A stretch of 63,686 bases of DNA, counting the filler. It is 8 parts of 8 records of this genome, joined end to end, with 100 filler letters (N's around TTAATTAATTAA, not from the genome) between each part and the next. Parts side by side here need not be neighbours in the genome. Positions count along the whole stretch, not along the records: positions 18,726 to 35,400 come from SRR20825010_6603; positions 35,501 to 39,982 come from SRR20825010_6604; positions 40,083 to 46,926 come from SRR20825010_6607; 5 more parts are not named here. One strand, written 5' to 3'. Positions 30,672 to 40,904 of this stretch are shown here, piece after piece (position 1 is the stretch's first letter; the number at the start of each line of letters is the position of its first letter). The notes below the pieces were generated by a model. It had not been told where the DNA came from. It did not search any database and saw only the letters and a list, made by a program, of their open reading frames with translations. The position numbers and the translations under genes are program-made.

Positions 30672-31976
30672 TTATAATCTTGCATCAATCAGACTTTTAT
30701 CAAGATAACCTTTCACATCGTAGATTACTTGCGTTTTTGATTTTTCTAAAGAAAGACCTGCAAATTCCTTGTGAGAAACTGCAAGAATGATAGCAGAATA
30801 AGGAGACAAATCTGGAGCTTCAGCGCCAGACATGATGTCCACACCGTATTCATGGCTCACTTCTATAGGGTTAGCCCAAGGATCATATACATCCACGTTG
30901 ATATCGTAAGTTCTCAATTCATTGTAGATATCAATCACTCGTGTGTTACGCACGTCTGGACAATCTTCTTTGAATGTAAAGCCTAAAATCATCACTTTAG
31001 CATCGATCACTTTTAGATCCTTACGCATCATTAACTTGATCACTTCTGTAGCTACGTGTTTTCCCATGCTATCATTCAATCGACGACCTGCTAGGATTAT
31101 TTCAGGATGATATCCCATTTCTTGTGCCTTTTGAGCTAAATAAAATGGATCCACCCCTATACAATGACCCCCAACTAGTCCTGGCTTGAACTTAAGGAAA
31201 TTCCATTTAGTACCAGCTGCTTCGAGCACTTCATTGGTATCTATTCCAAGCAAATTGAAGATCTTAGAAAGCTCATTTACAAAAGCAATATTGATATCAC
31301 GCTGGGAGTTCTCGATTACTTTGGCAGCTTCAGCTACTTTGATAGAAGTAGCTTTATGCGTGCCGGCAGTGATTACAGTAAGGTACAATTGATCAACAAA
31401 CTCAGCTATTTCTGGAGTAGAACCAGAAGTAACTTTAAGTATTTTGGCAACTGTATGCTCCTTATCACCCGGGTTGATTCTCTCTGGGGAATAGCCAGCA
31501 AAAAAGTCTACATTATATTTCAGTCCAGATACCTTTTCCAATACTGGCACACATTCATCTTCAGTGACTCCTGGGTATACAGTGGATTCGTAGATTACCA
31601 CATCTCCTTTTTTCAGGTACTGACCAATATTTTCAGATGCTTTAAGCATCGGTGTAAGTACTGGACGGTTATGTTTATCCGTAGGAGTAGGTACTGTCAC
31701 TATATAAACATTGCAATCAGCAAGTGCTTCAGATTGATTGGTTGGTAGAAGTCCATTTTCCTCACTAGAAGAAAAACCCTTTACCAATACCTTTTGAAGC
31801 ATATCATTCTCCACTTCACGTGTATTATCTACACCACCATTAAGCTCTCCTACTCTTTTAGTATCTATATCAAATCCTACTGTAGGGTATTTCTTAGCAA
31901 ATTCTACTGCCAAAGGCAGTCCTACATACCCTAAGCCGATTATAGCAATTTTTACGTCTTTTAAATCTTCTCTCAT
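30672..31976 (-). CDS. UDP-N-acetylhexosamine dehydrogenase (WbpO/TviB type)
   Basis: IIGLGYVGLP, ESTVYPG, YSPERINPG, GGHCIGVDP, TFKEDCPD.RN. Confidence 0.94.
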   Translation of the reverse strand: MREDLKDVKIAIIGLGYVGLPLAVEFAKKYPTVGFDIDTKRVGELNGGVDNTREVENDMLQKVLVKGFSSSEENGLLPTNQSEALADCNVYIVTVPTPTDKHNRPVLTPMLKASENIGQYLKKGDVVIYESTVYPGVTEDECVPVLEKVSGLKYNVDFFAGYSPERINPGDKEHTVAKILKVTSGSTPEIAEFVDQLYLTVITAGTHKATSIKVAEAAKVIENSQRDINIAFVNELSKIFNLLGIDTNEVLEAAGTKWNFLKFKPGLVGGHCIGVDPFYLAQKAQEMGYHPEIILAGRRLNDSMGKHVATEVIKLMMRKDLKVIDAKVMILGFTFKEDCPDVRNTRVIDIYNELRTYDINVDVYDPWANPIEVSHEYGVDIMSGAEAPDLSPYSAIILAVSHKEFAGLSLEKSKTQVIYDVKGYLDKSLIDARL

Positions 31977-32190
31977 TACTAATTATTATTGAAAATAACC
32001 ATTTAAAAATCTGACCTCTCTTTTTTGATTTGCTAAAGCTTCGCTCTTTCAGTCCCAGAACTTAGCATGTTTGGCAGGACAACCTTTACTTCCTCACTGA
32101 TACAACTCAGTTCTAAAAAGATCTCCGCCATATTGTTACCTTAATTTTTCGCTAAAACGAGTACTAAAGTTACTCGTTCCAAATAAGGAG

Positions 32191-32198
32191 CAAAACTA
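32191..32198 (-). promoter_or_regulatory. Bacteroidota sigmaA -7 box
   Basis: TAGTTTTG (TAnnTTTG) on the minus strand, about 215 nt upstream of the dehydrogenase start. Confidence 0.55.
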
Positions 32199-32228
32199 AC
32201 AGGTTTTAGGCGATTTTAAACTTTACTT

Positions 32229-33920
32229 CTAATTCTTGTGGTGAATCTGATAGATTAAATTTAAAGTTCCGGAGAAAGTCCAAAGCTTCTGTCCCTTAGG
32301 AAAATCTGAAGTAGATCCCGCTAAATTCTCCCATTGATAGTTAACTCCCTGAATTACTTGAGCTTTGCTACTAAGTATAAATCTATCCCACTGATGATCC
32401 CATAGTACTCCCATACTGAAATCTATCCAAGGTCTCTTGTTGGGATTATCTCCAAACGATCTGTAGTAAAAATCTTGATGGTTTTCTATTCTCTGAAGCA
32501 GAATTCCGAACTTATTTAGGTTTGAAACCTGGGAAACTTCCAAAATTTGTGCATTTCCGCCCACTCCTATTCCTACGCCCATAGATTGTCCTTCATTGGT
32601 GAATCCCCGTACTTGATAGTGCGTATGCCAACTGGTATTTCCGGAATTGAGATCTGGGTAACGAATGTATCTATTCACAGACTCAGCTTGTTGCACGATT
32701 TCTCCCCGTACTTGATAATATTGGTCTTTTTTGCCTGTTTTGAAAAGCTTGGAAAAACCTAAAAGATAGGCTCTTGCATGTTCTGGACTCAGAATAAAAT
32801 CTCTCCAATCATAGCTGTGATCCTGCTTACCAAATTCTGCGTAGGCTTCGAAATTGCCTTTTGAATTGAAATACCTTAAGAAAAAAGCTATCTGCTGATC
32901 TTGTCCCTGAGAATCGTAAACTACAGAATTATCATTACTGAATAGTCTAACTTTCTGGAAGGGTTCAAGCACTGGAATTCGGCCTCGGAAGGTATTGGGT
33001 ACATCGTCATTGTATTGCTGGAAAGTCCTGCTAAATCCTGCAAAAAAATTAGGCAGGAACACAGGCTGATAGGTAATGGTGATTCCGCTGACATATCGCC
33101 AATCTCCTCTAAAAGGTCTGGCAAAAATATCATTGAGGCGTTCATTTTGGGATGGGAGTATTCCAGAATCTTCTGCCCTACCCATAATCAATTCAGCTTC
33201 TAGTGTTCCTATGAAGATATTAGCAGGACGACTTGTGCGAAGGTATAAGTGCTTCATTCCCCTAGCATTATTACTAAAAATCAGGGAATTAAACTGGCCG
33301 GGACCCCACCAAATATTCTGTGTGGAAGCTCCAAGTTCAACTGGTCCTGCATTTAAACTGACGTAGGATTGGCCCCACCAAGCAAAGGAATTATATTCTT
33401 TGGTGAAACGCTCGGGGTGATCTCCAAAATTCCAATACCTGAATCTGGCGAAAAGGGTATTGTCAGAGTAATTCTCCCCAAAACCTTGATAGGCTTTATT
33501 TTGGCTGGCTACAAACTCTGGTCTGAACTGGAATTTCAAGAAGAGTACTTTACCATATACCCCAGGAGAAAGAAGTGATTGAATCCCAGTGCTATTCATC
33601 ATACTAGAATTCCCCCAGCCATATGGTCTATTGGAGTTGAAAACTGTAGTACTCAAAATTGGTAAGAGCTCTAGTTGAAAATTACTTTTTTGAAGAGGCA
33701 ACGTATCATCTAATGCATTAAAGCGATTTTGTTTTAGACTCACTATAGGTCTTAGTCCAAAAGAGAAATCCTTTAACTCTTCAGCTCCTACTAGCTGTTG
33801 CCTTCTTAGACTTTCTTCTAGTACAGGAAAACCTGCAGGAATAGTCTGAGACATGGTGCCATTGGAAAAAAGCAGTCCCAAAGCACAGCAAGCAAACAAG
33901 AAATAACACCTCAATTTCAA
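32229..33920 (-). CDS. wzi: Capsule assembly Wzi-family outer-membrane protein
   Basis: Signal peptide, NIWWGPGQFNSLIFSNNA motif, beta-rich, EPS context. Confidence 0.8.
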   Translation of the reverse strand: MKLRCYFLFACCALGLLFSNGTMSQTIPAGFPVLEESLRRQQLVGAEELKDFSFGLRPIVSLKQNRFNALDDTLPLQKSNFQLELLPILSTTVFNSNRPYGWGNSSMMNSTGIQSLLSPGVYGKVLFLKFQFRPEFVASQNKAYQGFGENYSDNTLFARFRYWNFGDHPERFTKEYNSFAWWGQSYVSLNAGPVELGASTQNIWWGPGQFNSLIFSNNARGMKHLYLRTSRPANIFIGTLEAELIMGRAEDSGILPSQNERLNDIFARPFRGDWRYVSGITITYQPVFLPNFFAGFSRTFQQYNDDVPNTFRGRIPVLEPFQKVRLFSNDNSVVYDSQGQDQQIAFFLRYFNSKGNFEAYAEFGKQDHSYDWRDFILSPEHARAYLLGFSKLFKTGKKDQYYQVRGEIVQQAESVNRYIRYPDLNSGNTSWHTHYQVRGFTNEGQSMGVGIGVGGNAQILEVSQVSNLNKFGILLQRIENHQDFYYRSFGDNPNKRPWIDFSMGVLWDHQWDRFILSSKAQVIQGVNYQWENLAGSTSDFPKGQKLWTFSGTLNLIYQIHHKN

Positions 33921-35005
33921 AGGGAATTCAACATGTTTACGTACTTCTTATTGATAGCCTTCCAAGAGTAGTTTTTTCGAGCAAGTTTACACATATCACG
34001 AGAGATTGCTTCTCTATCAAATTCCTCCAAACGGGATAATTGCTCAAGCAATTCGATTGAATCATTGAAATAGATAGCTTGGTTGAAAGTAGTCTCTCTG
34101 TTATAATTCACACCAAAAGCTATGATAGGAAGTCCAAGGTACATTGCTTCCACAAGCGATGGATTGGTACCTCCTGCACTATGACCATGCAGGTAGTAAT
34201 GACAATTTGATCTTAAAACATTAAGTTCTTCACTGGTGTAAATAGGATTGTAAAGAATGACATTCTTCTTGGTAGAATATTCTTGATACAAGCGCATTCC
34301 ATAGTCACTGGAATTCCAGTTTCCTACAATTACATAAGGGATATTAAGGTCATTATCTGAAAAGACCTTAAGCTGCATTTCAATGTTATTTTCAGGCTCT
34401 ATTCTACAAACAGTAAAAATATAAGGATTGTGAATAAAAGAGTATTTCTTTTGATAAAGGGCGGGATCTACGTTAGTGACATGATTGGCACCATAGGCTA
34501 TCAAATGAGAATCTTTTCCATATTCTTCCTGCACATAATCATAGATGTGCTTATTGTCGGAAATGATGGCGTCTGAATACTTTACTGCTATCGATTCCGA
34601 AAATTTCAAAAACCGTTTGGCAAAAGCGCCCCATTTATCACGTTTCCATTCCAGACCATCAATGTGAGTAATCACCTTGGCACGGGTAAAGGGCTTAATA
34701 AAAGGGATAGTAATAGCTCCAGAAACGCCCAAGATCAAAATATAGTCAAACCCTTTGATGGACTTCCAGAGTGAAACGGAATCATATATTACGCTTTGAA
34801 CGCCGTTGGCTTTCAAATTCAAGTATTCCAGCTTTGCCCCCTTATAGGTGTCCACTTTTTCCGGATAGCTCTGACTTTGGCAATATATGGTGATATCATA
34901 AAATTTGGGAAGTAGATCCAGCAGATATTCCACTAAAGTCTCAAATCCCCCATAGTTGGCTGGAACGCCAACAATACCTACAATCGCAAGTTTTTTCTTA
35001 ATCAT
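33917..35005 (-). CDS. Glycosyltransferase family 4 with DUF1972 (WchF/Cps2T-like)
   Basis: GVPANYGGFETLVE, DGLEWKRDKW, RIEPENN, HGHSAGGTNPSLVEAM. Confidence 0.92.
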   Translation of the reverse strand: MIKKKLAIVGIVGVPANYGGFETLVEYLLDLLPKFYDITIYCQSQSYPEKVDTYKGAKLEYLNLKANGVQSVIYDSVSLWKSIKGFDYILILGVSGAITIPFIKPFTRAKVITHIDGLEWKRDKWGAFAKRFLKFSESIAVKYSDAIISDNKHIYDYVQEEYGKDSHLIAYGANHVTNVDPALYQKKYSFIHNPYIFTVCRIEPENNIEMQLKVFSDNDLNIPYVIVGNWNSSDYGMRLYQEYSTKKNVILYNPIYTSEELNVLRSNCHYYLHGHSAGGTNPSLVEAMYLGLPIIAFGVNYNRETTFNQAIYFNDSIELLEQLSRLEEFDREAISRDMCKLARKNYSWKAINKKYVNMLNSL

Positions 35006-35400
35006 TCAAATAATTCTTCATGGTACTTACCATTTTTAGCCTGTCCTTTTCAATATTTAAAAGAAAATAACGGGTGTATGAGGTTAAGAGTTCTTTAGTT
35101 TTAGCCGAATTTGCTTTGGTATCTGCTTTTTGCACTTCTTCCAGTGCGTCCTTCAAAATCAAGTACCTCAAAGACAACTGCCCTTCCGGATAAACAAAAT
35201 GACTATCTCCTGAAGGTAAATCTGAAAATATGGCTGATTTCATTATTTGTGGAGACCATAAATTATATGCCCAACGCAACATGCCATCGTATCCCTTAGC
35301 TCTAGAAAGCATAACCAAAAAGTAAATATCGGTATAATTTGATGCCATCAGCATATTTGGCTGAACTTCATAGCAAGAAGTATAATAAGTGGTCTTATAT
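34998..35400 (-). CDS. GH123/DUF4091-like glycoside hydrolase, C-terminal fragment
   Basis: TYYTC, GYDGMLRWAYNLW, SGDSHFVYP, SLRYLILKDALEE; frame open to the contig end. Confidence 0.65.
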
Positions 35401-35500
35401 NNNNNNNNNNNNNNNNNNNNNNNNNNNNNNNNNNNNNNNNNNNNTTAATTAATTAANNNNNNNNNNNNNNNNNNNNNNNNNNNNNNNNNNNNNNNNNNNN
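35401..35500. other. Artificial contig linker
   Basis: N44-TTAATTAATTAA-N44. Confidence 0.99.
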
Positions 35501-35529
35501 TGGAAGTTCGAGTCTTCTCGACCGCACCA
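35501..35529 (+). tRNA. 3' end of a tRNA, probably tRNA-Leu
   Basis: GGAAG-TTCGAGT-CTTCT T-arm, CGACCGC acceptor strand, A-CCA. Resembles alphaproteobacterial tRNA-Leu(GAG); anticodon not visible. Confidence 0.8.
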
Positions 35530-35550
35530 TGATTTTGAAGAGACGTACTG

Positions 35551-35596
35551 AAAGCCGGTTTTCCGTGTTTGCCTCAGCAACGGAAACCGGCTTTTT
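35551..35596 (+). terminator. Intrinsic terminator after the tRNA
   Basis: AAAGCCGGTTTTCCGT...ACGGAAACCGGCTTTTT. Confidence 0.85.
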
Positions 35597-35756
35597 CGTT
35601 TTCGGGCCTTCGCTTTTGCCCATATATCCCCGCAGGTAATGCCGTCGGCGTCTAGCCGTGGCGATACAAATCGCGCAAACTCCCGTTTGGGTTTCGAGGG
35701 CAAGTCCTCCAAGTCGGGAGTGGCTGCAAGTCGTGGCGCGGGAGTTGAAAAGTATT

Positions 35757-36731
35757 ATGCGTTTTGTCGTGCGGAGTTTTTGTGCACCGGCCTTCCTGCC
35801 GGTCGTCATGCTGGCTTTTGCGCTGGGCATTTCGCCTGGTTTGGCCGGTAGCTGGCGCGAGGGAAGCCCTATGACAACGGCGCGCGCCAATGCAGGCGGT
35901 GTGCTGGTGGGCGAAGACCTCTATGTCATCGGCGGCAGCGGCACATCAGGCCCGCGCGCCATGACCGAGATTTATGATACGCGCGGCAACATCTGGCGTT
36001 CAGCCGCACCCTTGCCGGTCGGGCTGGAGCAATTCGGCATTGCTGCCACGGCAGACAAGATTTTCGTCGCAGGCGGTTTCGAGGTTGAAGGCGGCAGCAC
36101 CGTCATCACGGAAAGTGCGGCCTTCTGGATTTATGATATTCGCACTGGCTCGTGGAATGCCGCGTCCGATATGCCGGGCACTCGCGTCGGGCTGTCACTC
36201 GCGGCGGTGGGCGATAAAATCTATGCAATCGGTGGCCGCGGCTCCAATCCCTCACGCGTCTATGTGTTCGATCTGGGCAAAGCCGAATGGACTACGTTGC
36301 CGGCCACCAACCCGTCGCCGCGCAGTGCGGCGGCAAGCGTCGTTGTGGGAAATGATGTCTATGTGATCGGCGGGGCCAATGGTGGTCGGGCATCGGCTCG
36401 TGTCGATGTTTTCGATGCGTCGCGCGGTGTCTGGCGCAGCGGTCCGGCATTGCCGTCGCCGCGCGAGGGACATGTGGCAGCGTTGCTGGATGGTGCTATC
36501 CATGTCAGCGGTGGCCAAAGCGTGTCACCGCCCAAAACCTATCCCGAGCATTTTGTCCTCGATGTGAAGAAGGGCCAGTGGCGCACGGCATCGCCATTGC
36601 CCACACCGCGTCACGGTGCCATTGCTGCGGCAACTGACAATAAACTGTTTGTTGTAGGTGGTGCGCCGGGGGCTGGCGTCTATACCGTTTTCACATCCTC
36701 CGACATTGTCGATATCTATACCGGTAACTAG
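35757..36731 (+). CDS. Exported Kelch-repeat beta-propeller protein
   Basis: Six Kelch blades (YVIGG, FVAGG, YAIGG, YVIGG, HVSGG, FVVGG each followed by YD/FD...W); signal peptide if started at 35757. Confidence 0.9.
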   Translation: MRFVVRSFCAPAFLPVVMLAFALGISPGLAGSWREGSPMTTARANAGGVLVGEDLYVIGGSGTSGPRAMTEIYDTRGNIWRSAAPLPVGLEQFGIAATADKIFVAGGFEVEGGSTVITESAAFWIYDIRTGSWNAASDMPGTRVGLSLAAVGDKIYAIGGRGSNPSRVYVFDLGKAEWTTLPATNPSPRSAAASVVVGNDVYVIGGANGGRASARVDVFDASRGVWRSGPALPSPREGHVAALLDGAIHVSGGQSVSPPKTYPEHFVLDVKKGQWRTASPLPTPRHGAIAAATDNKLFVVGGAPGAGVYTVFTSSDIVDIYTGN

Positions 36732-36745
36732 AAGAGAAAATCTCC

Positions 36746-37909
36746 ATGTCTTTCCAGTCTCTCGATTTCGACCTTGGCGAAACCGCCGACATGATCCGCG
36801 ACACGGTGGCATCCTTCACCGCTGCCAAGATCACACCGCGCGCCGCCGAGATCGATCAGACAAACCAGTTCCCGCGCGACCTCTGGCCGCAAATGGGTGA
36901 ACTTGGTCTGTTGGGGATCACGGTCGAGGAAGAGTTTGGCGGGGCAGGGCTCGGCTATCTTGAGCATGTCGTGGCGATGGAGGAAATCTCGCGCGGGTCT
37001 GCCAGTGTGGGTCTGTCTTACGGCGCGCATTCAAATCTATGCGTCAACCAGTTGCGCCGCTGGGGCACGGAAGCTCAGAAGCACAAATACCTCCCGAAGC
37101 TGATCTCTGGCGAGCATGTCGGCGCGCTTGCCATGTCCGAACCCGGCGCCGGATCGGATGTTGTCTCGATGCGTCTGAAAGCCGAGAAGAAGGGCGACCG
37201 CTTTGTCCTCAACGGCAACAAGATGTGGATCACCAATGGGCCCGATGCCGACACGCTGATCGTCTATGCCAAGACGGATCCAGCCGCAGGGCCGAAGGGC
37301 ATCACGCCGTTTCTGATCGAAAAGGGCATGAAAGGTTTCACGCCCGCCCAGAAGCTCGACAAGCTTGGCATGCGTGGCTCCAACACAGCCGAACTGGTGT
37401 TTGAAGATTGCGAAGTGCCCGAAGAAAACGTGCTGGGCAAACTCAATGAAGGTGTGCGCGTGCTGATGTCGGGCCTCGACTATGAGCGCGCGGTCCTGTC
37501 CGGCGGCCCGCTTGGCATTATGCTCGCCTGTATGGATGTCGTGCTGCCCTATGTGCATGAGCGCAAACAGTTCGGCGAGCCCATCGGTACGTTCCAGCTT
37601 ATGCAGGGCAAACTGGCCGACATGTATTCCACCATGAATGCCTGCCGCGCTTACGTCTATGCCGTTGCCAAGGCGTGCGACCGTGGCCAGACCACACGCA
37701 AGGATGCCGCCGGTGCCATCCTCTATTCGGCGGAGAAAGCCACATGGATGGCCTTGGAAGCGCTCCAGACGCTTGGCGGCAACGGCTATATTAATGACTA
37801 CCCCACTGGCCGCCTGTTGCGCGATGCCAAGCTCTACGAGATCGGCGCAGGCACAAGCGAGATCCGCCGTATGCTGATCGGTCGCGAGCTATTCAACGAA
37901 ACAAACTGA
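36746..37909 (+). CDS. ivd: Isovaleryl-CoA dehydrogenase
   Basis: [46 protein letters not shown]. Confidence 0.95.
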   Translation: MSFQSLDFDLGETADMIRDTVASFTAAKITPRAAEIDQTNQFPRDLWPQMGELGLLGITVEEEFGGAGLGYLEHVVAMEEISRGSASVGLSYGAHSNLCVNQLRRWGTEAQKHKYLPKLISGEHVGALAMSEPGAGSDVVSMRLKAEKKGDRFVLNGNKMWITNGPDADTLIVYAKTDPAAGPKGITPFLIEKGMKGFTPAQKLDKLGMRGSNTAELVFEDCEVPEENVLGKLNEGVRVLMSGLDYERAVLSGGPLGIMLACMDVVLPYVHERKQFGEPIGTFQLMQGKLADMYSTMNACRAYVYAVAKACDRGQTTRKDAAGAILYSAEKATWMALEALQTLGGNGYINDYPTGRLLRDAKLYEIGAGTSEIRRMLIGRELFNETN

Positions 37910-37926
37910 CAAATAAGAGTTCCCTC

Positions 37927-38715
37927 ATGTCCCTTGACGCTGTCTTTGATCTGAAAGACGGCGTGGCGTCGGCCACGCCTCATGCCGCAGGTCCGTGGGA
38001 TCCGTCCATGCAGCATGGGGGTGCGCCTGCCTCGCTTGTCGCGCATGTGGTGGAAGCCATTCCCACAGCCTCGCCCATGCAGGTGGCACGGCTGACGGTT
38101 GATCTGTTGCGGCCGGTTCCGGTTGCGCCGTTGACGATCCGATCAGAGGTGGTACGCGAAGGCAGGAAGATACAGCTATGTGCCGTTTCGCTTTTTGCGG
38201 GCGACAAGGAATGTGTACGCGCCAGTGCGCTTAAAATCCGCATCGGTGATTACGCCGAGCTTGCGGGTGTGGCCGAAGCGAAAGTGACCTTGCCGAGTGT
38301 CGCTGACTCTAAACCCATTGAAAAAGCCATCCAGCGGTCCAGCGGCTTCATATCCGGCCTCGATATAAAAAGCGCCAAAGGCGGTTTCTCGCTTCTTGGT
38401 GGCGGTGGTCCGGGGGCTTGCTGGTTCCGCTCCGTGCGGCCCATCGTGGCGGGCGCAGATAACTCGCCGCTGATGCGCGCGGCCATGACGGCTGATTTTT
38501 CCAACGGCGTTTCGTCGGCGCTGGGGCGCGACTGGACATTTCTCAATGGCGATCTATCGGTCAGCCTGATGCGGATGCCGGTGGGCGAGTGGATTCTGCT
38601 CGATGCCGAAACTTGGGTCGATCCCGCGGGCACCGGCATGGCGGCTGGCCGCCTTGCCGATGAGCGTGGATATTTCGGGCGTTGCGTGCAGAACCTCGTG
38701 GTCGAGAAACGCTGA
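37927..38715 (+). CDS. Acyl-CoA thioesterase (double hotdog)
   Basis: GPW....QHGG, LTVDLLRPVP, ADFSNG, FLNGDL. Confidence 0.88.
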   Translation: MSLDAVFDLKDGVASATPHAAGPWDPSMQHGGAPASLVAHVVEAIPTASPMQVARLTVDLLRPVPVAPLTIRSEVVREGRKIQLCAVSLFAGDKECVRASALKIRIGDYAELAGVAEAKVTLPSVADSKPIEKAIQRSSGFISGLDIKSAKGGFSLLGGGGPGACWFRSVRPIVAGADNSPLMRAAMTADFSNGVSSALGRDWTFLNGDLSVSLMRMPVGEWILLDAETWVDPAGTGMAAGRLADERGYFGRCVQNLVVEKR

Positions 38716-38718
38716 GCG

Positions 38719-39594
38719 CTACTTCACCAGCCGCACAGCGCGGAAGCCCATAGGTGCAAGGCCGGTCATGTAGAAGCCGAGCAATGCGGAGATTGAATAC
38801 TCCACCGCGATACCTTCAAGGCCTAGCGCCAATGCACCTTTTGTGAGGGCGGCGCGAAATGCGAAAAGCACAATGATGCCACCTACTGCCATGGCAATCT
38901 GCCCAAGAATATTTGGTAGCAGAGGTGTTGCAGGGGCAAGGCGATGGTCCATATCCGCGCCGACAACCCAGCCGAACAAAAGAGCGAGCAGTCCGACAAT
39001 CTCATGCGGGCTGTGTCCGTTTGGCCAGATATAGAAAAGCACCGCGCCGACAATAACGATCAGCAGAAGGTGAGGAATAAGCGGCAGATTGCGCAGCTTC
39101 GCGAAGGTTGGTGACAGAAGCCAGATAAATGCCACCATGCCCACCACACCGAGCGCGAGGCCTGTTGCTACGTCATCCAGATCATGCACACCGAGATAGA
39201 GGCGGCTCATGCAGACGCCTGCGACGATGAAGGCAGCCACGCCCCATGCCCAAGGGCGTTTGATCTCATAGGCAATCCACATCCACATGGCGAAGGCGAC
39301 TTGCGCATGTCCGCTTGGACGGCCGAAACTGTCTTCCACACGCGGGTCGAGCGCATAGCGGATATCGGGGCGGGGGTCTTGCCACAGGTCCTTCAGAAAT
39401 CCGTTGATAATGGCGGTAATGGCAATCAGCACGACAAGCCGCATAGCCTTTGCGCGGTCCCAGAGCCAATAAGTGAGGGGCAGGGCGATCAGGAAAAAAG
39501 TTGCATAGCCGAGCCATGTAAAGCCATTGGCGATGATTGTGGCCGTGTCGCTGCGTAAGGGCAGAACCCAGTCCATTTCGTGCAGAATATTCAA
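38719..39594 (-). CDS. PAP2-family membrane phosphatase
   Basis: KX6RP (KDLWQDPRP), PSGH, SRLYLGVHDLDD. Confidence 0.92.
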   Translation of the reverse strand: MNILHEMDWVLPLRSDTATIIANGFTWLGYATFFLIALPLTYWLWDRAKAMRLVVLIAITAIINGFLKDLWQDPRPDIRYALDPRVEDSFGRPSGHAQVAFAMWMWIAYEIKRPWAWGVAAFIVAGVCMSRLYLGVHDLDDVATGLALGVVGMVAFIWLLSPTFAKLRNLPLIPHLLLIVIVGAVLFYIWPNGHSPHEIVGLLALLFGWVVGADMDHRLAPATPLLPNILGQIAMAVGGIIVLFAFRAALTKGALALGLEGIAVEYSISALLGFYMTGLAPMGFRAVRLVK

Positions 39595-39680
39595 GTTGCA
39601 GTCCCCCTGGAGTATATTTTTGGGCTAGGTTTCTTTATCGACCCGCCGCCTGTTCCGAAATAATAGCCCGAGGAATTCCG

Positions 39681-39982
39681 ATGTCCCAATCCAATTCGTC
39701 TGCCGATCCAGTTGTCATTGTCAGCGCCGCACGCACCGCCATGGGGGGCTTTCAGGGTGTCCTGACAGAGATGACCGGACCGCAGATCGGAGCGGCTGCT
39801 GTGCAAGCGGCTGTGACACGTGCCGGTCTGTCCTCAACAGCGGTGGACGAGGTGCTTATGGGTTGTGTGTTGTCGGCAGGGGCCAAGCAGGCGCCCGCGC
39901 GGCAGGCTGCGATCTATGCCGGTCTCGACGAGGGGACGCCTTGCACCACCGTCAACAAGATGTGCGGCTCGGGCATGAAGGC
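39681..39982 (+). CDS. Acetyl-CoA acyltransferase (thiolase), N-terminal fragment
   Basis: VIVSAARTAMG, MGCVL...QAPARQA, TVNKMCGSGMK. Confidence 0.92.
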
Positions 39983-40082
39983 NNNNNNNNNNNNNNNNNN
40001 NNNNNNNNNNNNNNNNNNNNNNNNNNTTAATTAATTAANNNNNNNNNNNNNNNNNNNNNNNNNNNNNNNNNNNNNNNNNNNN
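39983..40082. other. Artificial contig linker
   Basis: N44-TTAATTAATTAA-N44. Confidence 0.99.
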
Positions 40083-40640
40083 TTTCGGGGAAGAATTCTT
40101 CCCCGAAACGGTTCTTGTATTCCCTAGGCGGCATATCCCCGATGGATGAGTGGGGATGCCTTGTACTGTAATCCTCCATCCATTTTTGGGTCAGCGCCTT
40201 TATTCGGTGTAGGTGGTTGAACCAATAGGCGTCGAACATCCTCCCTATAAAACCTGTTCAGGCGTTCCATATATCCGTTCTGCATGGGCTTGCCGGGCAG
40301 GATGAACTGGAGCTCCACCCGTTTGCCCTTGCACCATTTTGATAGGGTCTTCGATATGAACTCCGGACCGTTGTCGCAGTATATGGTCTTTGGCAGTCCT
40401 ATCTCTTCCTTCAGTTGCGATAAGGTCTCCACAAAATTTTATCGCCGGATAGTTTAGTACCACTTCCATGGCAGTGCCTCTCGGTTGCAGTCGTCCATGA
40501 CATTGAACACCCTAGTCTTCCTTCCATTAGACAGTACATTGGCCATAAAGTCCATGTGCCAGACCTCGTTGAGCTCCATTGGACCCTCCAATGGGTTCTC
40601 GGTCACTTTTGGGAATTCTTCCTTAAAATCCTTTCCGATT
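40083..40640 (-). mobile_element. Decayed IS3-family transposase (OrfB integrase core), frameshifted
   Basis: DDE motifs split over three ORF fragments: WHMDF...FNVMDDCNREAL / DNGPEF...PGKPMQNGYMERLNR / WMEDY..RHPHSSIG. Upstream boundary approximate. Confidence 0.88.
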
Positions 40641-40776
40641 CCTTCGATATGGTCTTTGCAGTTTTCAAGATACCTATGGAATATGGACTCGACCGCTTTG
40701 ATGAATTCCTTCATCTTGGATTGGCTCTCCGTGTAGACCTTTATCCTGAAATCAGGGTGCTTCTTTCCTTTTTTGG

Positions 40777-40878
40777 TTACCAAGGAACGGATCTCATTAG
40801 GGAGAGGATCATTGTTGACATCCACAAATAGCCATATCCTTTATCGTTGTTGAAAAACTTTACTGTTCTTTCTTGCAT
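40777..40878 (-). pseudogene. Truncated cold-shock protein (CspA family)
   Basis: Below ORF-track cutoff. Translates MQERTVKFFNNDKGYGYLWMST...W-stop (33 aa); the first 17 residues match the Csp N-terminus and RNP-1 (KGYG), RNP-2 is missing. Confidence 0.8.
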
Positions 40879-40904
40879 AATGGTATTTGTTAAATGTTTT
40901 GTTA

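Noticed and set aside
18726-35400. Large AT-rich block followed by a tRNA 3' end, suggesting an integrated island with an att site
   Set aside because: The block and the tRNA fragment are on different contigs separated by a linker; no integrase is present.
40454-40825. 123-aa ORF as a novel transposase fusion protein
   Set aside because: Chance open frame across the broken csp, unassigned sequence and a frameshifted IS3 core; the DDE triad is not in one frame.
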